DNA of 33,353 bases from Octopus bimaculoides. Lineage: Eukaryota. The translations under genes were made by a program, and so were the position numbers. Positions 1 through 9,776 of this stretch are shown here, piece by piece. Under the pieces are notes generated by a model that was not told the origin of the DNA, did no database searches, and worked only from the letters and a program-made list of their open reading frames with translations. Numbering within the stretch: position 1 is the first letter of the stretch; each line of letters starts with the position of its first letter. The DNA lies in the NCBI RefSeq assembly GCF_001194135.2, contig NC_068990.1:75476933-75510285 (forward strand), written 5' to 3'.

Positions 1-124
1 CATACACACACATATATACTTATTATACTTATGACTCTCATTTCTCTTTCTTTCTCTCTCCCCCTCCTTCTGTCTCTCTCTCTCAATCTCTCTCTCGTTT
101 TCTCTGTAAACATATACGTGTAAG

Positions 125-170
<46 letters not shown>

Positions 171-531
171 AAATTCACATAAACATATGCATGAATGTGT
201 GTATGTTTATGTATGTATTGATATCTTCTGCCATCCAAAGCAATTAATGAACCTTTAGTTTCTTTGTGGTTATGCTTCTCTGATGATGTTTCCTGACCAT
301 TCTCAAACGAAACTCTTTAAGAAAGCAAATGAAGGACTCTCGTGCACCATTAATGCAGCCATAAAAACACAAAAGCCTCTTAATATTCTTGCTGTATTAT
401 CCCTGACATTAACCCAACGTTTTCATCAATAACTGCCGAAATAATATATGCCTCATTTTGTTCTTCTAAGTCTCTTCGATTCTTCTTAACCATTTCGTTT
501 TTTGTTTCAGTTATTTATGGTTAATTTTATG

Positions 532-565
532 ACCACCACCACCACCATCATCAACATCATCATCA

Positions 566-624
<59 letters not shown>

Positions 625-660
625 GTTATTACTATTATCGTCATCATCATCATCATCATT
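532..660. repeat. Compound trinucleotide microsatellite (ACC)n/(ATC)n/(ATT)n
   Basis: Direct reading; it explains ORFs 502..690 and 511..708. Confidence 0.95.
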
Positions 661-1049
661 GCTGCAATTATTAATGCTGTTTATTATTAGTGTCAATAAT
701 ATTATCATTGATAGTACTGTCGTTGCTGAGGTATTTTATTATGAAAAGCCGTTAGTTTGTCGGACTTAGTAAAGTGTTGTGCATAGAAAATATTTGGCCC
801 TATACCTCTGTGGACTGCATGGTATTAAAAATAGTCTGGCATATGCAGGGCTTCAGCATTGGGTCACCACCCCTCATAGGAGGACTTGTTTCAAGGTGCA
901 GATTCTTACATTTCTTATTTGTTTTGTTTATAATCATATTTTTCGCGCCTGTTCTTTTCATCAGCGATATTGAAAACACTCACCGTCCCAAGATTTACAA
1001 TTGTAAGTTCTGCTGAATTGCATGACTATGGCAAAAGGATGTTACGAGA

Positions 1050-1725
1050 TGAATGTGACACAAAGGACTTGCAACAGATGCTTTCCTTGTCTTACCTAAA
1101 CTTCAGTCCCTCTTTCTTCTATTCTATAAATATTTCTCTATTTCTATTCTATAAATACTTCCATGACTGAACTTTCAATCTTATACATCTTCTTAAGCTT
1201 ACTAGTTGAAAGCCTCGTTTTCTACTACATTCTCATCCTTCCACTGTTGTACCATCCTGTTAGAAATATTGCTACTGCATTAGTTTCTTTTCTGATCCAT
1301 CAATCTTATGGAAAAGTCCTCCTCCTTGATTCATCTGACAGAGATATTCATTTTATAGATATTCTAAATATTTCTATTATCACGTTATTAAGAAGGCTTC
1401 TCGTTAAGTTTATTTGTCGTCCTTTTCTTTTGTAAATTGCAACAAACTAAATGATTGCTTACGACCTATTTTATTACTAATTACTTGCACTTTATTGGTG
1501 GCATACCATAAGAAAAACGTTTTCATCATTGTTTTCAACTTCCACTTGATGAGAGAAAAGGAAGTGCCGCTCTTCAGTAAATTTATCAAAGGTGAGTAAC
1601 AGACTCGAGTATAACCAAGTAAATGACCTTATATTCATGATGCACCTACAGGCCAGAGAATAAGGGTTGGGCGAGTTCACTCAACTTTGGCTTTCATTGT
1701 AATTCAAGTTTCATCGGGGTCCTTC
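1050..1725 (-). mobile_element. Possible heavily decayed LINE (CR1/L2-like) reverse-transcriptase remnant
   Basis: Minus-strand motif-like pieces GPDE (~1709-1722), FLTG (~1255-1267) and LCVTF (~1051-1066) occur in RT order, and the GPD-to-FLTG spacing is about 150 codons. No YADD or PQGS motif was found, so support is weak. Confidence 0.3.
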
Positions 1726-2140
1726 ATGTGACGGTGCTCATCAAGAAACATACCATTTTCGACACCATGTATGCATTAAATTTTATTTCAGTTCCCATTC
1801 CCTCTGCCTTGGTGTGGATAAAGAAAGCTTGTCGTTCGCTATTTTATATTTTGTATTTCATATTTCTATGTTAGGCATATTATGTTTAGCATTAAGTTGT
1901 AAGTAAAGATATCAACGAATGATTGAAGGGTGTCGGAATTGAACGTCTTGAAGATCTTCTACAGAAAATTTGCATTTTAGGAAGCGAAAAATATTATCAG
2001 GAGGATTTTGAGCAGGTGAAAAACTTCGGAAAACTAGTAGCTACCTAATGTTCCGGATAGTAACGAGCTACCCACATAAATTCAACCAGGAATAAGAACG
2101 TACCTGAGTCGAATCATCAATAATAATGGTTACAAATTTT

Positions 2141-2354
2141 GGGCTTCTCGACCTGAAGAAAATTGTAACTAGGCCCCACCTGCGAGGTCATGCGCTGTTT
2201 ATCTTGATATGAGATCACCATGTCGCGCACATATGGTTGTGATGCATGAGCCTGGTGTACCCTTATCAGACGGGTAGTCATGATGGTTATACTGGGCTTC
2301 GTATATTTTACCTCAGTGTCACTTTGATGGTATGCACTGCTCTCTCAGTCACTC

Positions 2355-2428
<74 letters not shown>
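2141..2428 (+). mobile_element. Unclassified interspersed repeat (family B) 3' portion with (AAT)n tail
   Basis: Matches the reverse complement of ~19884-20100 (e.g. CCCTTATCAGACGGGTAGTCATGAT and TTTATCTTGATATGAGATCAC); ends in (AAT)n at 2355-2428. Confidence 0.85.
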
Positions 2429-2429
<1 letters not shown>

Positions 2430-3520
2430 GGATTGCCAAACGATGAGGCGAGAATTTCCACTAACTATGAGAGAAGTGTTGTATGAGACTAAGATTTTAA
2501 AGGTTAACGTGACTTAAAATTTAAGAAACGTCATTATCATTATCAACGGCAACCAAAACAACATTAACGAAAGCTACAACAAATAATCAACTAAGAATAT
2601 AGAAAAAGATAGTACTGGGATGGTTATAAAAGAATATATGAGTGAGGTCGAAATAATAAGATGGAAATTAATAAAAGAAATCGAAAATATTTTTGGCGGA
2701 ATAGAAAGATCTATCAACGGAGAAAAAGGTAAATGCTCGTAGGAAAAAAAAGCTAGAGTGTTCAAGTCGCCTTTCAAGTGACCTGCGAGAAATAAAAACA
2801 AAAAAACCCTCAAAACACAGCCTACCCCTCCTAAATAAGAAAATGACGGCAAAGTGTGTGGTGGTCTTGTCTGGAAGTTATTGAATCATGGAGCAGAGAT
2901 GACCTCAAGCTAAATAATATAGGTTGTTTAAAACAAAATTAGGACGCATCATTTCTCTGCAGTTATATTTTATTCAGAGAGAAAATTCGACTTTTTTAAC
3001 TATCTGCCTCTCTATTTTAGATGAAGACATTGTAATTTTACAATCTGTATTTTCTCAAAATTCATGTTTGAAATTTTCTGACTGATATTAAATATGAGCT
3101 GCCAAAGGCAAAAAAAATTTATTACAAATTATAACTTGTTTACTCCACGTTCTATCATTTAAAATGCTTCCATACTATCTTCTTCAATTGTGAGAGAAAT
3201 ACTGTGAAGTTAACACTCCAAATCCAGCGTTGTTACCAGAGTTTGGGTATAATATGGTTCTTAAAATTTGTTCAAGAACACAACACAGAAATGAGTTGGT
3301 AATGATGAGGTGTCAGAAAGGGTAGCAACTTTGAGATGAAAATGTTTCACGTTCAGGAATTAAACCAGGGAACATAGGAAACTATGAGGTGATATGTGTA
3401 ATTAAGATTCAGTTGAATTAGGTACTTAATTTGAGGCACCAGGTCAATCCGGGATGGTCCGCACAGCTTGAAGTTGGGTGAATAAAAAGCAAATAAATAA
3501 CAAGGATGTCCAGGTATTAG

Positions 3521-3607
3521 TGCATTACGGCTGTTTCAAGCGGCTCCATTTAATCGATTAATGCAAGCATTATATCAATTTGAAATAACCCGCCTTCCTC
3601 AGATGCA
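3521..3607 (-). ncRNA. Type I hammerhead ribozyme motif with intact core
   Basis: Minus strand: stem I UGCAU(3607-3603)/AUGCA(3525-3521); core CUGAGGA (3602-3596); stem II AGGCGG/CCGCUU; GAAA (3537-3534); stem III AC-AGCC-GU; cleavage triplet GUA. Confidence 0.75.
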
Positions 3608-3954
3608 TAAGACCATAGTAAAATAGGGAGAGGTAAGAATATAAGACATTGATTAATTTATCACCAGCAGAAAGAACTTAACTGTCAATTCCCTGTAGCT
3701 TTAATTCTAAGTGGATGTAGAATACTAGCTGTATTGGATCTTTTGATTGTGATATATTACCATTTCTTGACTCCCATTGTTATTCTTTTCTGCTACTCCA
3801 AATTATATTAGGCTTTGGGTATTTTCTCTCTTAGTTCAATCTGCTACAATAATAGCAATAAGCATGTAATTCTCTTATTCTCTAGTTCTGAAGAAAATTT
3901 TTCTAAAAAATTATAATGGAGTATCCTGTATGTTGAAAAATCTATATGGTCTTA

Positions 3955-4041
3955 TGCGCCAGAGGAAAGCGGGTTATTTCAATTTGATGTAACGCTTACA
4001 TTGATTGAATAAATGGAACCGCTTGAAATGGCTCTAATGCA
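3955..4041 (+). ncRNA. Degenerate hammerhead ribozyme copy
   Basis: Core CAGAGGA (U4 to A); perfect stem II AAGCGG/CCGCTT; GAAA at 4025-4028; stems I and III are mismatched. Confidence 0.55.
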
Positions 4042-4120
4042 CTAATACTTAGACATCTTTGTTCCTTATTACTTATGTATATATATATATATATGTGTGT
4101 GTGTATATGCGTATATATAT

Positions 4121-4466
4121 AACAAACCATGCTGAATCATAAATATTGCATGCCCAGCTGACAACAAAGTATGCGATAAGGAAGAAAGAAAAGTCGAGAG
4201 ATATGAGAGATTAGCTTGGGTAGTTAAGTAGTTGTGGTCAAAGAAAAAGGTAGCAGTAGTACCAATAATTGTCCGAGCCTTGGGAACAGTGGGCAAAAAT
4301 CTCGAGAAGTACGTGGAACAAATAGGGGCTGCAATAAGGGTGGGGCACTTGCAGAAAACGGCACTGTTTGGAACCGTCCGAATACTCCGGAAGGTGCTTG
4401 AAAAATAAGAGGCGTTACTTTAGTTGTACTGACACCGTAGTACATCTCTAGCATTAGAAGGCAATG

Positions 4467-4513
<47 letters not shown>
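4121..4513 (+). mobile_element. 5'-truncated RLE-type non-LTR retrotransposon (R4/Dong/HERO-like) 3' end with (TAA)n tail
   Basis: Frame from 4121 reads NKPC*IINIACPADNKVCDKEERKVERYERLAWVVK*LWSKKKVAVVPIIVRALGTVGKNLEKYVEQIGAAIRVGHLQKTALFGTVRILRKVLEK* (stops at 4133, 4229 and 4406), a typical RLE C-terminus. A short 3' UTR and (TAA)n at 4468-4513 follow. Confidence 0.85.
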
Positions 4514-4514
<1 letters not shown>

Positions 4515-4748
4515 TCGCGGAGGATGAACATTAGCACTCAGTTTTCGAAGACCGTAGAAAGTGCACCAAATCATTAACGACAAAGGCTATGCCACCAACT
4601 CAGTCAACTACAAGAATGAAAATAAATACAAACGCATCAGAAACGATCNNNNNNNNNNNNNNNNNNNNNNNNNNNNNNNNNNNNNNNNNNNNNNNNNNNN
4701 NNNNNNNNNNNNNNNNNNNNNNNNNNNNNNNNNNNNNNNNNNNNNNNN

Positions 4749-4792
<44 letters not shown>

Positions 4793-4793
4793 A

Positions 4794-5014
4794 AAGGTGG
4801 CGAGCTGTCAGTATCATTATACGCCGGATGATATACGCTGTGGCATTTCGTCTGCCGCCACATTTAGAGTTCAAATTCCATCGAGGTCGACTTTGCATTT
4901 CATCCTTTCGGGTCAATTAAGTACCAGTGAAACTCTGGGTGGATGCGAACCACTAGCCCCGTCCCCCAAAATTTCAGGCCTTGTGCCTTCAGTAGTAAGG
5001 ATTATTATTATTAC
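4794..5014 (+). mobile_element. tRNA-derived SINE family A
   Basis: tRNA-like head with B box GAGTTCAAATTCC; central GAGGTCGACTTTGCATTTCATCCTTTCGGG; (ATT)n tail. It is one of many copies in this window. Confidence 0.85.
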
Positions 5015-5065
5015 TATATATATTTGTGTATAAATACTTGTGTGTGTGGTGTGTATTTATATATT

Positions 5066-5475
5066 CTCTTTTACTCTTTTACTTGTTTCAGTAATTTGAA
5101 TGCGGCCATGCTTGGGCACTGCCTTTAGTCGAGCAAATCGACCCCAGGACTTATTCTTAGGAAGCCTAGTACTTATTCTATTGGTTTCTTTTGCCGAACC
5201 GTTTAGTTAAGGGGACGTAAACACACCAGCATCGGTTGTCAAGCGAAGATACGGGGACAAACACAGACACACAAACATATACACATACATGCATATATAT
5301 ATACATATATACGACGGGCTTCTTTCAATTTCCGTCTGCCAAATACACTCACAAGGCTTTGGTCGGCCCGAGGCTATAGTAGAAGACACTTGCCCAGGGT
5401 GCCACGCAGTGAGACTGAACCCAGAATCATGTGGTTGCTAGGCAAGCTACTTACCACACAGCCACTCATGCGCCT
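5066..5475 (-). mobile_element. Full-length tRNA-derived SINE family C (CORE-like start, internal microsatellite)
   Basis: Minus-strand head AGGCGCATGAGTGGCTGTGTGGTAAGTAGC...GGGTTCAGTCTC, then CCCTGGGCAAGTGTCTTC; tail ...CTGAAACAAGTAAAAGAGTAAAAGAG; homologous to 6618-6826 and 28342-28745. Confidence 0.9.
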
Positions 5476-5572
5476 ATATGTATATCAATGTTTAGTTTAA
5501 TGTCTAGTTATAATGAAAGTGATTTTGCACTAACCTGATGGGTTATTCGATACTTTTGTAGAAAACATATTT

Positions 5573-5646
5573 ATTATTCTTATACAAGCATGTTGTTGAC
5601 AGTCACTTCGAAGTGACTTTCAACAACATTCTTTTATAAGGATAAT
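5573..5646. repeat. 74-bp imperfect palindrome with no spacer (33 of 37 positions paired)
   Basis: The arms 5573-5609 and 5610-5646 are reverse complements with 4 mismatches; centre GTCACTTCGAAGTGAC. Confidence 0.9.
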
Positions 5647-5981
5647 ATATTTATATGCATAGGTGTATGTATGTATGCATGTATGTATGTATGTATGTAT
5701 GTATGTATGTATGCGCGCCTGTGTGTATGTGTGTATGTATGTGTAAAATAATTTTACAGAAATGCATGTGACCGCTGGATAGATTGTCACACGTTATGAT
5801 GTGCATTCTCTGTGGTTATGACTTTAAAAGAAGCATTAAAAACGTTTAATGATCAGGTTAAAATTAAAAAGTCAATATTTGTTAAGAGACAATTGCAAAT
5901 AGATATACAGAGAAAAAGTATCGATTCTGTATTAGGAATATCTTATATCAAATGTGTACATGAGTCATTATATATATATAG

Positions 5982-6106
<125 letters not shown>

Positions 6107-6427
6107 GTGTGTACGCACATCCACATTCACACACAAATACATTTATGTGCGCGGGTGTGTATGCGTGTGCGTGTTCGTGCGTGTGCTTGTGTGTGTGCAA
6201 ATACACTTGAAAAAGACAGAGAAATGTAAGGAATTCGATTAGCAGATTTGTTTTGTTTTCTTATTTTTAAGGCGGCAGAATATTGGCGCTACTCCTTGGA
6301 ATTACGAGCAGCTTTACTAACCATTTCAAATATAAACACGCACGTGCACTTAAACACATGCACACACTCACTTATATGTATATACACGCACATATACATA
6401 TATATATACATATATATATATATATAC

Positions 6428-6476
<49 letters not shown>

Positions 6477-6617
6477 NNNNNNNNNNNNNNNNNNNNNNNN
6501 NNNNNNNNNNNNNNNNNNNNNNNNNNNNNNNNNNNNGGGAGAGAGTAAATCACAGCCCCCCCCAAAAAAAAAACACAAAAAACAACAACGTGAGGACGTG
6601 GTACATGTAAAGTATTC

Positions 6618-6826
6618 GCCTAGCACTTATTCTATCGGTTCTCTTTCACCGAACCGCTAAGTTACAGGGACGTAAACACACCAGCATTGATTGTCAAGCG
6701 ATGGTGGGTGGGAAAAACACACACACATATGTACGGCGGTGTGTTTCTGTTTCCATCCTCCAAATCCATTCACAAGGCTTTGGTCGGTCCGAGGCTATTG
6801 TAGGAGACACTTACCCAAGGTGCCAC
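6618..6826 (-). mobile_element. SINE family C, partial
   Basis: Collinear with ~5164-5405 (ACTTATTCTAT...GGACGTAAACACACCAGCAT...CACAAGGCTTTGGTCGG...GTGCCAC). Confidence 0.85.
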
Positions 6827-6890
6827 ATGCATTCATACATACATACATACATACATACATACATACATACATACATACATACATGCATAT

Positions 6891-7318
6891 ATAACAGGCT
6901 GAGTATTGTTGTTTGGGACTGGGGCGCAAAGGTATGTACCATCATAGAGGTTAGCCCTGCAGATATAAATATGTTTTTGAAAATCAAAGAAAAAGAGGAT
7001 ATCTCTGGACAACTGCGTCGAAACCTCCAGCTTCTATATCCGGACTATGGTGTGAATTCACATTCATACCAATAGTAACCGTTTTGTTAGTAAATGCTTA
7101 AAGGGGAATCTGGATAAACAAAGATTTTCAGAAAGAGAAACTGACCGGTTGATTCGTATATTACAAATCCAATCTGTGAGTGGAACAGTGAAAATGTGCA
7201 AGACTTTTTTCAAGTTCCAAATGTGAATGGATTTGTCTGTGATAACTACATCCCGAAGATGGAGCCTTGTATCTTTGTTGGAAACCAGCTCCCTCCTCAG
7301 TGGAAGATTAATAATAAT
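6891..7318 (+). mobile_element. Second RLE-type non-LTR retrotransposon 3' end, decayed, with short (TAA)n tail
   Basis: NRLSIVVWD...CTIIEVSPADIN...KIKEKEDISGQL (decayed RPDIVV.D...EVSCP.D.N...K..EK RLE motif); after a frameshift FIPIV...FVSKCLKGNLDK...ERETDRLIRILQIQSVSGTVKMCKTFFKFQM* (stop 7224-7226). Confidence 0.75.
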
Positions 7319-7368
7319 TAAAAAATAGAAGAGATATACATACATACAAGCATACATACATACATACA

Positions 7369-7402
<34 letters not shown>

Positions 7403-8302
7403 CTCATAGGCAAATTTCGTCGTGTACATATTTGCATGCGGATATGCAAGCTGTATATCCCATCGGTACAATGTTCCAAACATTCTTCAGAATAGCAGTC
7501 ATTTCTACTACTCTACATCAAAGAAAAGGGGAAAGCGTATAATTTAAAACAGAGATAGCTAATCCCTTTTATTCTCCCCATATGCTCCAATGAAAATGTG
7601 ACCCCGTAATTAAATAATATTCACATTTATTTACAACATGAAAGCAATTGGTTTGCAATGTTTCCCATTGCTATTTGCTTAATGGACTGTGGCTAATGGC
7701 TAGTTAAACGAGCAAAAATACGATACAAATATATGAGAAATATAATAATAATAAAATATGAAAATAAAATTATGTAAATACGTCCACTTTGTAGAATGAA
7801 GGTGTCTGTAATGATATAATAAAATGATACCCAATTAAAGAAGTATTATTTAATATTTATAAGTATGCATCTCTCTCATTCTCTCTCTTTGTCTCTCTGT
7901 CTCTCTCTCTATCTACCTATCTACATATCTTTCTGTCACACACGCACTCACACTGTGAGTGTGTGTGTGTGTATGTGTGTACGTATGTGTGTGTGTGCGT
8001 ACTTGTGCGTGTGTGTGTGTAATACGCATCGGGCACAATTGCGCAAGCACACACATTGAGACATTCAGCAAATATACACTGATATACCTTTCAAAACCGA
8101 TTTTCAATCGAAATACAAAACGTAGTAAGAGAAACATGTCTAATAAGAATAAGATTAACGATTAAGCTATAATGAATTTCAGTGAACGTACCCAGGTTCA
8201 TGTTATTTACATTCTGTTTCCTATTTCGCCGTTATTTCTGTATAGACATTAGAAGAAAGGAATTCAACAATGAAAGCTAAAATAAGACACCATAACTAAG
8301 TA

Positions 8303-8518
8303 TTGGATTCAACTTTTGGTACAAGGCCAGCAAATTCAGGGAGTTGAATAAGTCGAGTTCATCGATCCGAGTGCTCAACTGGTACTCATTTTACCGACCC
8401 CGACATGAAGAAAGGCAATTTTGACCTTAGTAGAATTTGAACTCAGAACATGAAGACAGACGAGATGCTGCTAAGAATTTTTCCCGGACTACTAACGATT
8501 CTGCCAGCTCGCCGCCTT
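8303..8518 (-). mobile_element. SINE family A
   Basis: Reverse complement starts AAGGCGGCGAGCTGGCAGAATCGTTAG; B box GAGTTCAAATTC; family tail. Confidence 0.85.
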
Positions 8519-8968
8519 ACCATAACTGAATATTACTATCACTGTTTGAACGGTCTAAGACTCTTGAACGTTAATTCTCTTGCCCCATCCCCAATAGGGA
8601 GAACCGAACTCAAGATCATTGCCGACAAACCACTCGTCGATTTTACGTTCAAATCAAGACCGCCTTAGCAGTGTTATAGGCCCACCGAGCAATTCAGTGC
8701 ACTGAGCCCTTGAGTGTTTGTCTATTGACAGTTATCCTATTGCATACATCCGAACGGAGCCCCTAGATTGGCGAGACATAAAGGCTATTGTCCAGTGTTT
8801 TCATGCCTGAAGGCGGTTATAACTTAGAACTAGATGCAAAAAAGCTAATAGGCTGAAAGCTGTTAGCTTATTTTACTGATAGAAGCCTGCGACTTTTGTG
8901 GATTGACGGACTCCGCTACGTGGAATATCTGGACACAACAATATATGACGATATAATGTCCGTGAATT

Positions 8969-9172
8969 AGAGCGAGCGTTAGCACATCGGTCAAAATGCT
9001 TCGTAGCATTTCGTCCCTCTTTACGTTCTGCGTTCGAATTCCGCCGACGTTCACATTGCCTTTAATGCATTAGGGAGCGAAAAAAAAGTATCAGTTGAGT
9101 CCTGGGGTCGATGCAAGTGACTTACGCCCTCCGCCAAAATTGCTGGCCTTGTGCCAAAATTTTAAACCAATA
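8969..9172 (+). mobile_element. SINE family A, degenerate
   Basis: CGTTAGCAC...GCGTTCGAATTCCGCCGA...GGCCTTGTGCCAAAATTTTAAACCAAT. Confidence 0.8.
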
Positions 9173-9580
9173 TAATGTTCGTGAATTACATATTTCTGCC
9201 AATTATTTTTGCGAATATATATATATTTTTTTGGCTCAAATGTCCCAATGCATCTGGGTAACCTTCAGTATTTGAGATTATAAGGGAGTTGGCCATGCGA
9301 AGAGACGGAGCACAAACGCACATGCCAACAAAACCACTCTTGAATCTAGAATGCTTGCCATTTCCTAGCAGTTATTCGGTGCTAGCGTATGGTGCGTCAT
9401 TAGAACGGCTGATTATCAAAAGTTTCAGATTTGGACAAAGCAAAATAATACGAACTGCTAAATTAGGAAATGTTTATTGAGATTCTATCTTGACGGACAC
9501 CAGGCATATTATCATATGCTATATACATACAAGTATAAGCATACTGTTCTATATTTCAGAAATGATGAACTCTGTACATT

Positions 9581-9721
9581 ATTTACATTGGACGGATAAG
9601 TGTCGTCACCTTGTTTGTCGTTACTATAACGTTTCCGCTGATTTACTCTTAAGTCTTCATCAGGTGTCCTGGTGGAATTTTGAACCCAACCCTGGGTTCT
9701 CATTCCTAAGGTATTTTTTTA

Positions 9722-9776
<55 letters not shown>

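Larger units (their letters stand above)
3492..4070. mobile_element. Element with ~126-bp inverted terminal repeats carrying hammerhead motifs; probable Penelope-like remnant with inverted pseudo-LTRs
   Basis: 3492-3617 aligns by eye with the reverse complement of 3945-4070 at roughly 80% identity; each arm contains an outward-facing hammerhead motif. Confidence 0.75.

Noticed and set aside
1560-1597. Strong splice-donor-like AAAG|GTGAGT
   Set aside because: No convincing upstream acceptor or recognisable coding content; expected by chance in 33 kb.
3492-4070. Classical MITE interpretation of the inverted repeat
   Set aside because: No clear TSD or superfamily terminal motif, and the arms encode hammerhead motifs; a PLE origin is preferred, though MITE is not excluded.
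7461-7492. Minus-strand CUGAAGA followed by a 5-bp hairpin (AUGUU/AACAU)
   Set aside because: No GAAA after stem II, so it is not a hammerhead.
9347-9488. Short imperfect inverted repeat (CATTTCCTAGCAGTT / AACTGCTAAATTAGGAAATG)
   Set aside because: Too short and gapped to call a MITE without copy-number data.
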